Of a DNA stretch of 64,000 nucleotides, positions 28,416 to 37,123 are shown in pieces. The notes under the pieces were generated by a model. That model ran no database searches. It was not told where the DNA came from and was given only the letters and a program-made list of their open reading frames with translations. Numbering within the stretch: position 1 is the first letter of the stretch; each line of letters starts with the position of its first letter. This stretch comes from Sedimentisphaerales bacterium. GTDB lineage: Bacteria; Planctomycetota; Phycisphaerae; Sedimentisphaerales; Anaerobacaceae. Where the stretch lies: positions 482,801-546,800 of the forward strand of contig JAXGYC010000009.1 in the NCBI GenBank assembly GCA_040772485.1. Reading direction: 5' to 3'. A program made the translations under genes and the position numbers.

Positions 28416-29633
28416 TTACCTCCTGGCGGGTTTGAGGCCGGCCGCCTTCTGGAGCGCCGCAACCATGTCCGTCTTCTCCCAGGTGAACTCGGGCAGCTCG
28501 CGGCCGAAGTGCCCGCCGTGGGCGGTGGCCGCGAAGATCGGACGCGCCAGCTTCAGGTGGCGGACCATCCCCTTGGGCGTCAGCGGGAAGAGCTTCTTGA
28601 CGATCTGGCTGATCTTCGTCTCGCTGATCCTGGCGGTGCCTTCGGTGTTGACCAGGACCGAGATCGGATCGGCGACACCGATGGCGTAGGACAACTGGAC
28701 CTCGCAGGCATCGGCCAGACCGGCGGCGACGATGTTCTTGGCGACGTACCGTGCCATGTAGCTGGCGGTCCGGTCGACCTTGGTCGGGTCCTTTCCGCTG
28801 AAGGCGCCGCCGCCGTGGCGACCCCACCCGCCGTAGGTGTCCACGATGATCTTGCGGCCGGTCAGGCCGCAGTCGCCTTTCGGACCCCCGATGACGAATT
28901 TGCCCGTCGGATTGACGTGGAATTTGGTGTTCTTGTCGATCAGTCGGGCGGGCATCACCGGCTTGATCACCTTGGCGACAATCTCATTGCGCAGCTTGCG
29001 GTGGGCGATGTTGTCGGTGTGCTGCGTCGAAACGACGACCGTGTGGATTCGCCTGGGTTTGCCATTCTCGTATTCGACGGTGACCTGGCTCTTGCCGTCC
29101 GGACGCAGCCAGGGCAGCTTGCGGGTCCGGCGCATCTTCTCGAGCTGGATCGTCAGCTTGTGCGCCAGTTGAATCGGCATGGGCATCAACGCCGGCGTCT
29201 CGTTACGGGCATAACCGAACATCAGGCCCTGATCGCCGGCGCCCTGTTCTTTGTGCAGGCCCACGCCCTCGGTCACGCCCTGAGAGATGTCGGGGCTTTG
29301 GCGACCGACCGCCACCATGACGGCACAGTTGTCGTAGTGAAAGCCTACTTCCGGATCGTCGTAGCCGATCTCTTTGATCGTGTCGCGGACGACCTGCGGA
29401 ATATCCACTATCGCCCTGGAGGTGATTTCCCCGGCGACCACGACTAGGTCGGCCTTCACCAGTGTTTCGCAGGCGACCCGGCTTCGCGGGTCCTGGGCCA
29501 GCATGGCATCGAGGATCGCGTCGGAGATGCAGTCGGCGACCTTGTCGGGATGCCCCATCGTCACCGATTCGCTGGTGAACAGGTAGTTGCGCATGTCGCA
29601 ATTCGGATTGCTCAGATTCAATCGTTTCGCCAT
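28416..29633 (-). CDS. metK: S-adenosylmethionine synthetase
   Basis: [50 protein letters not shown]; alternative start 29594. Confidence 0.97.
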   Translation of the reverse strand: MAKRLNLSNPNCDMRNYLFTSESVTMGHPDKVADCISDAILDAMLAQDPRSRVACETLVKADLVVVAGEITSRAIVDIPQVVRDTIKEIGYDDPEVGFHYDNCAVMVAVGRQSPDISQGVTEGVGLHKEQGAGDQGLMFGYARNETPALMPMPIQLAHKLTIQLEKMRRTRKLPWLRPDGKSQVTVEYENGKPRRIHTVVVSTQHTDNIAHRKLRNEIVAKVIKPVMPARLIDKNTKFHVNPTGKFVIGGPKGDCGLTGRKIIVDTYGGWGRHGGGAFSGKDPTKVDRTASYMARYVAKNIVAAGLADACEVQLSYAIGVADPISVLVNTEGTARISETKISQIVKKLFPLTPKGMVRHLKLARPIFAATAHGGHFGRELPEFTWEKTDMVAALQKAAGLKPARR

Positions 29634-29667
29634 TTCCTTAGCACCTTATCATCGGCTGCCTTTGATC

Positions 29668-29712
29668 GTAGGATGGGCTCAGAGCCCATGCGGCCGATAC
29701 GGCATGGGCTAC
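29668..29712 (+). repeat. REP-like GTAG palindrome, family B
   Basis: GTAGGATGGGCTCAGAGCCCATGC plus an inverted partial copy GCATGGGCTAC; relatives at 17864 and 32488. Confidence 0.6.
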
Positions 29713-29731
29713 ACAGAAGAAAAACCTCCCC

Positions 29732-29759
29732 ATAATAGAGCCGGTGGCCCTGTCGTCAA
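29732..29759 (-). promoter_or_regulatory. Sigma70-like promoter of metK
   Basis: Minus strand TTGACG-N16-TATTAT. Confidence 0.55.
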
Positions 29760-29828
29760 TCAAAAAACGCTTCGAGCGGGAATCGTACTGGAGTGCGGCG
29801 AATCATGATTCGGCCGCATAAAGGGGGA

Positions 29829-31031
29829 TCAATAGCTTCTCGACGCGTCGTTGAGACGCCAATCGAAACTCGTGTATTCGATGGTGTAGTTCTCCACCTC
29901 GAGGAAGTAGGCCTCGTCGTCCGAAACGTACCGGGTCAGGAAGTTCAAGACCGCTCTGGTTTCGGGGGGGCGGTCCTTGAATTTCTTGTCCGTTCCGTAG
30001 CGGCCGACGAACTCCTTGCCGTGCCAGGTCGGCTTGAAGATGGACGACAGGTAGACGACCGCCTTGTCGCGGTCGATCCGGAACCCCTTGCCCGCCGACA
30101 GAAAGGCGCGAACCTGCTCGTCAAGCTGGCGGTCCAGGTTCTGGCCTCGATAAGGCTCTCGCCGCAGGAGCGGGCCGGACCGGCTGGCGTACGTGATCGC
30201 CAGATACGCGCGCGGGTCCGCCAAGGTCTTGCGGAACAAACGCCCTTCGACCTCGCCCAGTGTGAATTCCTCGTCCATCACGATGAATCGGTACTCGCTC
30301 CAGATTCCCTCGATGTGGCGGATGTCGCTCGGCGGCCAGGTCAGCCGCAACCACCAGGATGATTGGATCGGATAGTTCCGCGCGATGATATCGAGCATCT
30401 TCAGGTTGTACGTGTTGATCCAGAAGGCAAGCTGCTCGTCTGCGGTCCAGTTCCGGTAGACGCTGGGGTCAAGCTCGTCCGGGGCCTGGAGCAACTGCTT
30501 GAGCCACAGTCGCTTGCGCCGCAGGCTGTCGTAGTCGACACGTCCGTCCTCGCGAACGTACTGCTGCAGAAGGTCGCGGTACTCCTGATAGAACGAAGCC
30601 AGGGGATCGGGCTCATCTTCCTCGGCGGGTGGTTCTGCGGGCTGGGTCACCGCTGCCGGAATGCTGTTTGGCTCACTGGCCGGGACCGGCTCCGGTTCAG
30701 GCTGGTTGGGTTCGGCTGTGATCTCCTCGTCCGGTGGGGCCGGCGCGACGCCGGCGTCTTGTGAGACCGCCGTCTCGTTCGGCTCGACCGGGGCGTCCTG
30801 ATGAGACGAGATCGGTTCGGCGGGCGGCTCCTCGGGCAGTTCAGAAACCACGTCGCTCTGGTCGGGGACGTTGGGCTCGGGTGTGGCAGGCTCTGGCGGA
30901 ACAGGCTCGGCCCAAGTTGGCTCGGGGGATTCAACAGCCTCCTGGCGTGGTTGTCCGGCCGGTGTTTGCACGTCCGCGCAGCCGCAGAGCAACGCCGACA
31001 GGCTGAGGGTCAGGCACGCCCCGTATACCAT
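29829..31031 (-). CDS. DUF547 domain lipoprotein with Pro/Glu-rich linker
   Basis: LCGC lipobox; LQQYV..GRVDY..EQLAFWINTYN..DPR..LDRQLD..LSSIF..FDWRLN; start uncertain. Confidence 0.82.
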   Translation of the reverse strand: MVYGACLTLSLSALLCGCADVQTPAGQPRQEAVESPEPTWAEPVPPEPATPEPNVPDQSDVVSELPEEPPAEPISSHQDAPVEPNETAVSQDAGVAPAPPDEEITAEPNQPEPEPVPASEPNSIPAAVTQPAEPPAEEDEPDPLASFYQEYRDLLQQYVREDGRVDYDSLRRKRLWLKQLLQAPDELDPSVYRNWTADEQLAFWINTYNLKMLDIIARNYPIQSSWWLRLTWPPSDIRHIEGIWSEYRFIVMDEEFTLGEVEGRLFRKTLADPRAYLAITYASRSGPLLRREPYRGQNLDRQLDEQVRAFLSAGKGFRIDRDKAVVYLSSIFKPTWHGKEFVGRYGTDKKFKDRPPETRAVLNFLTRYVSDDEAYFLEVENYTIEYTSFDWRLNDASRSY

Positions 31032-31268
31032 CTTGACCAAGCGAGACTTCAGGAAAGACCTCCCTGCAATCGATCTTCGCAAAGCCCCTAACATAAACGA
31101 TAAGACGCCAAAGGCAAGGCTTTGTTCGCCTCCTGGTTCTGTATAGTGACGGCCCATTCAGCCGTCCTATAAAGTCGAGTGTCCTATGGCTGCCGGATTG
31201 CGGGACACGATCCGTTGACGGGCGGTCGGGCGGATTGGCTGACAGCGAGCCTGGAGTGCCGATTTCCC

Positions 31269-31297
31269 TTGACAAGGGTCCCAAAAGGAGTTAAGCT
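31269..31297 (+). promoter_or_regulatory. Sigma70-like promoter
   Basis: TTGACA-N17-TAAGCT upstream of ATG 31339. Confidence 0.5.
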
Positions 31298-31338
31298 GGA
31301 TAAGATGTCGGCAGTCTACTGAAAGGGATGCTAACGAG

Positions 31339-32478
31339 ATGAAGCTGCAACGCGCTGTCTTTATCCTCCTCGTCTGTGGTCTGGTTCTGGCCGTTCTTGA
31401 GGTTTCCAAGGCGGTCGTGGACCTGCGGCGGATCGAGGAGGTCATGAAGAAGGAGGTCCTGACTCAGCAGGATTTCCAGGTCATCGACGAATTCATGAAC
31501 GACGCGGTCACCGACATGGTGCGGGCGACCGATTTCACGCAGGTTTCCAAGACCCGCGCGATCATCCTCAGCCACCAGAGCGAGCATCCCCAGTATGCAC
31601 AGCAGTACTCGGAATCCGCCCATCGGCAGATTGCCGAGGGCATCCAGGAAGCCCGGACCGACATCCGGGACGAGAGGACTCAGTTCAAGGTCATCGCGAA
31701 TCTTCTGATTCTTATCGACAGCCTCAAAGACCCGCGTCTGGTCGATCTGGCGGTCCGGGAGATCCCGCACAGCAACAACGCGGTTCGCTACTGGGCGTTG
31801 CGTGCGTCCACAAATCCCGAACTGTGGGCGAAGATCGGTCAGAACCAAGGTAGCGCGGCGCAGTTGGCCACGCGGATCATGGCGGCATGCGATCAGATCG
31901 TCGGCAGCAGCAGCGCTGAGGTGCTTCTGCAGGTGGCCGAGTTTGCCGGACGGTTCAACACCGCCGAGGCCACAGGACTGCTCATCCGTGTCGCCGAAGT
32001 CCGATTCGGCCGCTACGCCGACTGGTCCGTCGATTACGAGCTGATGGACAGTGCCGTCCTGAGGCTGCTGTGCGACAAGATCGTGGCGGCCGGCACCGGC
32101 GCCAGCGACCAGTTGGCCAGGCGATTCGCTCATCTGTATTCCTTCGCCATTCAGCGGTACATCAAGGGCCAGAATCTGGGCCGACTCCACGAGACGTCGC
32201 GCAATCACCTTCTCTCGGTGTTGATCGACGCGGAGGACAAGTGCCTGGGCCAGCTGCTCGGCACGCCTCAGACGACGATCCGCAGGGCCATCGAGGCCGG
32301 GGATCTGACGGCGCTCCAGACCGAGAGCGACCGGCTGTTCGGAACCGAAAACAGCGCCGGCGCCATCCCGACCAAGTTCGGTTTCAACTACGGCGCCCCG
32401 GGCCAGAGCCGCACGGCGCCGCCGATTCTGCCCGACCCGCCGCAGCCTACGGCGCCCGCCGCTGCACCCCAACCGTAG
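31339..32478 (+). CDS. Secreted alpha-helical (HEAT-like) hypothetical protein
   Basis: Signal peptide; helical NNAVRYWALRA; Pro-rich tail. Confidence 0.7.
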   Translation: MKLQRAVFILLVCGLVLAVLEVSKAVVDLRRIEEVMKKEVLTQQDFQVIDEFMNDAVTDMVRATDFTQVSKTRAIILSHQSEHPQYAQQYSESAHRQIAEGIQEARTDIRDERTQFKVIANLLILIDSLKDPRLVDLAVREIPHSNNAVRYWALRASTNPELWAKIGQNQGSAAQLATRIMAACDQIVGSSSAEVLLQVAEFAGRFNTAEATGLLIRVAEVRFGRYADWSVDYELMDSAVLRLLCDKIVAAGTGASDQLARRFAHLYSFAIQRYIKGQNLGRLHETSRNHLLSVLIDAEDKCLGQLLGTPQTTIRRAIEAGDLTALQTESDRLFGTENSAGAIPTKFGFNYGAPGQSRTAPPILPDPPQPTAPAAAPQP

Positions 32479-32487
32479 AATGACTCA

Positions 32488-32510
32488 GCATGGGCCCAAG
32501 CCCATCTTGC
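32488..32510 (-). repeat. REP-like palindrome, family B, between convergent genes
   Basis: Minus strand GCAAGATGGGCTTGGGCCCATGC, similar to the 29668 copy. Confidence 0.5.
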
Positions 32511-32518
32511 AGAGTCAA

Positions 32519-33424
32519 TCACATCTGGGAAAGGAAGCCGACGGTGCTTGTCATGATGCGCTGGCGGAACCCCTCCTGCTGATGGTTGTTCTGCTGTTCC
32601 TGGAGGTCTTTGAAGCTGGCCCGGCAGAAACGACACCCGACGGTCGCCAGATGAAAATCGACGTAGTCGAACCACTCCGCCTCCAGCGTCTCCAGAAGAA
32701 ACGCGCCGAGCGTGCTGCGCTTCGGGCAACTGATCCGGTGCGATTCCCAGGTTTCCGTGAGCAGGTCCTCCGAGCAGCAGAATGACGCGTCGGCCGGCGG
32801 ACAGAGCTTCAGGCAGTAATCGCGGATGCGTTTGAGGCAGCGGTGCTTGATCACCCTGACGAGCCCGTCGTCCATCGCGAGCAGGCGGACGACGTCCCTG
32901 TTGGACAGCTTGCAGTAGAACAGCATCTCGGCGACCTTCAGGTCGCGGAGCTTCTTCGTCTCTTTGAAATCCGCCACGAATTGCCGCAGGGCCTGCGCGA
33001 GGATTTCGCGCTGCGCCTGCTGCTGCTCGTCGCGGCAGAGGCACCAACTGGCGCTGGGGTCACATGCAGGCACCTGGTCGAGCGGGTTGGGCTCGGCGGC
33101 ATCCGCCTCGGTCCGGTAGACGTCCTGGATCAGGCAGATCGTTCCGGCGGCGCGGTCGCGAAAGCGATTGACAATCTCGTTACGCAGGATGCCGAACAGA
33201 TAGGTCTCGATGCTGACCTTGACCTTGAGCTTGTGGATAGCCTTCACGAACGACGTGAAGGTCTCCTGGACGATGTCTTCGGCGTCGGCGTGCTGAGAGA
33301 CGCGCGCCAGGGCGAAGCGGAGCAGGCGGCCCTGGTATTCGTCGATCAGTCGCGACCACGCCTGCCCGTCGCCTCGGCGGATGGCGTCCAACATGGTCTG
33401 GTCCGTTTGATTCGGATCGGTCAT
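32519..33424 (-). CDS. ECF sigma factor with C-terminal zinc-finger (ZAS-like) extension
   Basis: GDGQAW..YQGRLLRFA..DAEDIVQETF..ETYLFGILRN; C-terminal CPKRSTLGAFL..HLATVGCRFC; start may be 33436. Confidence 0.82.
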   Translation of the reverse strand: MTDPNQTDQTMLDAIRRGDGQAWSRLIDEYQGRLLRFALARVSQHADAEDIVQETFTSFVKAIHKLKVKVSIETYLFGILRNEIVNRFRDRAAGTICLIQDVYRTEADAAEPNPLDQVPACDPSASWCLCRDEQQQAQREILAQALRQFVADFKETKKLRDLKVAEMLFYCKLSNRDVVRLLAMDDGLVRVIKHRCLKRIRDYCLKLCPPADASFCCSEDLLTETWESHRISCPKRSTLGAFLLETLEAEWFDYVDFHLATVGCRFCRASFKDLQEQQNNHQQEGFRQRIMTSTVGFLSQM

Positions 33425-33510
33425 TCTTTCATGCATCCGGTTGCTGCCTGGAGATCTCGGATGGGCAGGTTGGCTGGCCACCCTCCGCCCGCAAGATCAC
33501 GGCCCGCCGT

Positions 33511-36500
33511 TCATCGCACGGGCCCCAAATATCGGTCAAGCCACTCGACGATTTTCTGGTGGTACTGCTTTCGGTGTTCGCGTGGGACGCTGTGCCCCCC
33601 GGGATAGAGAATGTAGCTTTTGTCTGCCGCGGGACTGCCCAACAGGTTGAACAGAGGTCTCTGGGCTGTTTCATAGGGGAAGATCGAGTCGTCGCGGGTG
33701 TTGATCATAAGCATGGGGATCGTGACCCGGGGGGCGAAATTGGCCGGGTCGGAACCCGGATGCCTCTTGCAGCCGCAGATTCCTCCCAGAAGCAGAATGC
33801 CGGTCTTGATGCGCGAATCGGTTGCGATCATGACCGGCCCCATCTGTCCACCCCAGCCCAGCCCGACATAGGCGATCCGGTTCACGTCGACGTCGTCGCG
33901 CGTTTCGAGGTAGTCGATGGTGCGCCGGAGATCCTGTGACCTCTGGACGTAGAGATTCCTGCTCTGGATGCTCTCGGGGGGGTAGAGGTGCTTCTCCAGA
34001 CGTCGTTCGTATGTCCCTTTATAGAAGGGCACCACCACCGCTCGCCCGCTCTGGATCATGCAGAGCAGCTCATGGGTATAGGCGGTCTGGTCCCACGGGT
34101 TGATCCGGGCTCCCTCGCCGGGATACCACACGACGACCTGGTAGGGGGGCTTGCCCGTCTGGGGAAGATGCAGGTAGGCGATCACTCGCTCGTTGGGATA
34201 TGCGGCGTCGAACGTGATTCTCTCTCGCCGACAACCTCGCGGCTCCTCATCCACCGACTCGATCACGGCGTGAAGCTCGGTCGGGTCGTAGTCGTACGAA
34301 GTCTCGATATATGATCGGAAGACCTCGTCTGGGACCGGTGTGAACTGAGAGAAATCGCGGCACTTGCGGTTCGCCGGGGCAAAGGCCTCCGCCGGGACAT
34401 CTTCCTTGCCTCCGAGGTACTTGACGCATCGAAATCCGTTGGCCTCGTCGCGATCCCACGCCGATCGCGCTGTCCCATTGACGAACAAGTAGTCGTATTC
34501 GCCGACGGCGCCCCCGAGGTTGCATCGAAGCTCCTCGTGGGCCGCGATCGCATTGGAACACCATTCCCGTACGTTTCCGGCCGCGTCGCACAGGCCGAAG
34601 CGTCCCATTCCCTTGTGCCGACCGACGGGCGTTACAATGTCGCTGAAATTGCTCAGACGCGTGATTCGCGAAGGATTGTCGTCGGCGTGGGCCGCCAGAA
34701 TCCAGTGGAAGATCGTCGGAAGATCCTTGTCTCGGAATCGTGCGTATGCGGCCGCCTCGTACCAGCTCACGCCGCGAACGGGGAAGTCCACCTCCCTCGA
34801 TGGATAGGCGCCGTTCCGCCACGTGGCCGGCCCCGGCCGTCCGGTCTGGTCGCGGAACTGCTCGACGGCTTGCGACCAGGGAATGACCTGGCCGTCCTGG
34901 AGGAACTCGTGCTCCCAGAACTCCGCATTCTCGTAGCCGCCTCGGTCGACGAACTCTCGGAACTGCCGATTGGTGACCTCATACTTGTCGATCAGGAAGG
35001 CAGGCGCCGAGGCGATCTTCTTGTCCTCATGGAACAAAAGCCTCTGGTCCAGATCGGAAGGGGGGATCCAGACCATGTTGGCGGGGTAACGGCGCACCTC
35101 CTGCAGAATGAAGCTCACGTGAGCGGGCTCCAGGTCATCGAGTTCCGTGCGCAACGTGGGCAAGTCGTTGGACTGGACGGTCTCGATCGGCACGAACCCG
35201 CTCTTCTCCACCTTCCAGCGGTTGGTGCCGAACGGGATGCGGGCGCGTTTCAGCGGTGTGGTTCCGATGTATCTCCAGTTGCCGCGCTCGGCGAAATGAT
35301 CGCGGATGTAGACCTTCGCGCCGGCCGGCTGCGTGGAGATTGAGTGCTCCCGCGACAGCAGGGGCCAGCGATTGGCCAGCAGGGGATCGTCGGGAATGTA
35401 GCGTGCCGCCTTTTCGGCGATCACGAAGGCGGAGAAATAGGCGTCTTCCTGGATCAGAAGGTCGATCTGGGCCATGGCGTCCTGTTGCGCCCATCGTGTG
35501 CTGTAGTGCTTCCAGGCGATGGCCATCGCGAAGGCGGTCGCAATGAGGAAACACAAGGCCATGACGGCGGCGATTTTTCGTCGTCGGACAAGTTTGACCA
35601 GCCGGTCCGTCTTCCCCGGGGGTCTGGCTCGGATCACGTGGCCGTTCAGATGCCGGCGCAGGTCCGCGGCCAAGTCCGCCGCGGTATCGTACCGCCTCTG
35701 AGGCTCCTTCTCGATGGTCTTGCAGCAGATGGTCTCCAGGTCGACGGGGATATGCCGGTCGATCTGTCGGGGCCGCACAGGCTCGGCGCTGAGGATCTGC
35801 GCGATCACCTGCTCGCGGCTTTGTCCGTCAAAAAAGGGCCGCAGCGTCAACAGCTCGTAGAGCGTCACACCCAGAGCGTAAACGTCCGATCGCTGATCCG
35901 GGGCGCGGGCGTCGCTGCGGATCTGCTCGGGGCTCATATAGCGAGGGGTTCCCACGAACGATCCGGTCACGGTCATCGCCTGCTCTTCGCAGACGCGGGC
36001 GATCCCGAAATCCAGGAGCACCAGCCGCCCGCTGGACGCCAGGATGAGATTGGACGGCTTGACATCGCGATGGATGATGCCTTCGCGATGGGCGTAGGCC
36101 AGGGCATCGGCTACCTCCGCGATCAGACGCGCCACGGTGTCGAAGTACTCCCGGGGCGAGCGGCAGTCCCGCAGCACGCAGGGGGTCGTGCGAGTTTGGC
36201 CCAGACCCTCGTCGCGCGGGGCCTCACCGGCTCTGATGCGCTGCAAATCGTCGATCACCTCGTCCAGGCTCTGGCCATCGATCATCTCCATGGCGAAGTA
36301 GCAGACGCCCTGCTCGATACCCTCGGAGTGGATTGTCACGATGTTGGGATGTCGCAGCTTGGCGGCCGCCCGCGCTTCGCGATGGAACCGCTCAATGGCG
36401 GCGGTGTTGCCGATCAGGCCCGCGGGGAGCACCTTCAGGGCGACGCGTCGATTGAGCGAAACCTGAAGCGCCTGGTACACGACCCCCATGGCTCCACAGC

Positions 36501-36798
36501 CCAGCCGGCGTTCGATGCGAAAGTCGCCCAACTGGAGGTTCGGTTCCAGGCCGATGGCGAAGGGATGGGAGCGGCTGTCGTGGTACGGGTCCTGATGTTC
36601 TTCGGCACGCGGCCTGCGATTAGCGTCCTCCGATGGCGGCGACGACCCCACGCCCGCACGGAGTCGGGCGACCATTACGGCGCAGGAATCGCAGGATCGA
36701 AGATGACGCCGCCAGAACGTCAATTGTTCGGGTGACGCCGACCCTTCGAGAAACACCGCCATATCCTGGTGTGATAAGCAACCCGTCACGATGCTCAC
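33511..36798 (-). CDS. Ser/Thr protein kinase: zf-HC2 + kinase + TM + FGE-sulfatase-like + alpha/beta-hydrolase-like domains
   Basis: HLRSCDSC; LGCGAMGVVY, VALK, HRDVKPSN, DFG, GTPRYMSPEQ; YEVTNRQF..VSWYEAAAY..GNVREW..GFRC; hydrolase fold with GLGWGG..D..GGH. Confidence 0.9.
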   Translation of the reverse strand: MSIVTGCLSHQDMAVFLEGSASPEQLTFWRRHLRSCDSCAVMVARLRAGVGSSPPSEDANRRPRAEEHQDPYHDSRSHPFAIGLEPNLQLGDFRIERRLGCGAMGVVYQALQVSLNRRVALKVLPAGLIGNTAAIERFHREARAAAKLRHPNIVTIHSEGIEQGVCYFAMEMIDGQSLDEVIDDLQRIRAGEAPRDEGLGQTRTTPCVLRDCRSPREYFDTVARLIAEVADALAYAHREGIIHRDVKPSNLILASSGRLVLLDFGIARVCEEQAMTVTGSFVGTPRYMSPEQIRSDARAPDQRSDVYALGVTLYELLTLRPFFDGQSREQVIAQILSAEPVRPRQIDRHIPVDLETICCKTIEKEPQRRYDTAADLAADLRRHLNGHVIRARPPGKTDRLVKLVRRRKIAAVMALCFLIATAFAMAIAWKHYSTRWAQQDAMAQIDLLIQEDAYFSAFVIAEKAARYIPDDPLLANRWPLLSREHSISTQPAGAKVYIRDHFAERGNWRYIGTTPLKRARIPFGTNRWKVEKSGFVPIETVQSNDLPTLRTELDDLEPAHVSFILQEVRRYPANMVWIPPSDLDQRLLFHEDKKIASAPAFLIDKYEVTNRQFREFVDRGGYENAEFWEHEFLQDGQVIPWSQAVEQFRDQTGRPGPATWRNGAYPSREVDFPVRGVSWYEAAAYARFRDKDLPTIFHWILAAHADDNPSRITRLSNFSDIVTPVGRHKGMGRFGLCDAAGNVREWCSNAIAAHEELRCNLGGAVGEYDYLFVNGTARSAWDRDEANGFRCVKYLGGKEDVPAEAFAPANRKCRDFSQFTPVPDEVFRSYIETSYDYDPTELHAVIESVDEEPRGCRRERITFDAAYPNERVIAYLHLPQTGKPPYQVVVWYPGEGARINPWDQTAYTHELLCMIQSGRAVVVPFYKGTYERRLEKHLYPPESIQSRNLYVQRSQDLRRTIDYLETRDDVDVNRIAYVGLGWGGQMGPVMIATDSRIKTGILLLGGICGCKRHPGSDPANFAPRVTIPMLMINTRDDSIFPYETAQRPLFNLLGSPAADKSYILYPGGHSVPREHRKQYHQKIVEWLDRYLGPVR

Positions 36799-36833
36799 AC
36801 CTCCCGATACCCCGCCAAGACCACCTGAGGTGG

Positions 36834-36859
36834 ATTATACCATTGCCCGGGTTTGTCAA
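36834..36859 (-). promoter_or_regulatory. Extended -10 sigma70 promoter of the kinase-sigma operon
   Basis: Minus strand TTGACA-N14-TATAAT, with TG-G directly before TATAAT. Confidence 0.55.
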
Positions 36860-37123
36860 CAAGCGGCTTGTCCTGCGGCGACGAGGTCTGCGGAGTCCCG
36901 GTGCCGATCGGGATGCCGTCGCGTCGCCGTCCTGCGCCGCAGGCACGTTGGTTGAAGGTTTCTGGCATTATGTCGCTTGTGACTATGGCATCCGAGGCGC
37001 GGTCCCGGTAGAATTGGCAGCCTGTCCACCGTGGCAGGGCAGACCGCGTCGACTCGGCGCGAACAGGGTGTGCCAAGCACGCCCGGCCACTGTGCAACCG
37101 TTGCGTTATTGGGAGGTCTTGAG

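Noticed and set aside
29634..29760. SAM riboswitch in the metK leader
   Set aside because: No SAM-I (ATC..GAG..GAT with kink-turn) or SAM-II/III consensus is visible. The hairpins are explained by REP-like repeats.
4325..29819. CRISPR array from the recurring ~27-bp palindromes
   Set aside because: The copies are kilobases apart with no regular spacers, and there are no cas genes.
34420..35010. FGE/C-lectin domain as a diversity-generating retroelement target
   Set aside because: No reverse transcriptase or template repeat in the window, and the domain is internal rather than C-terminal.
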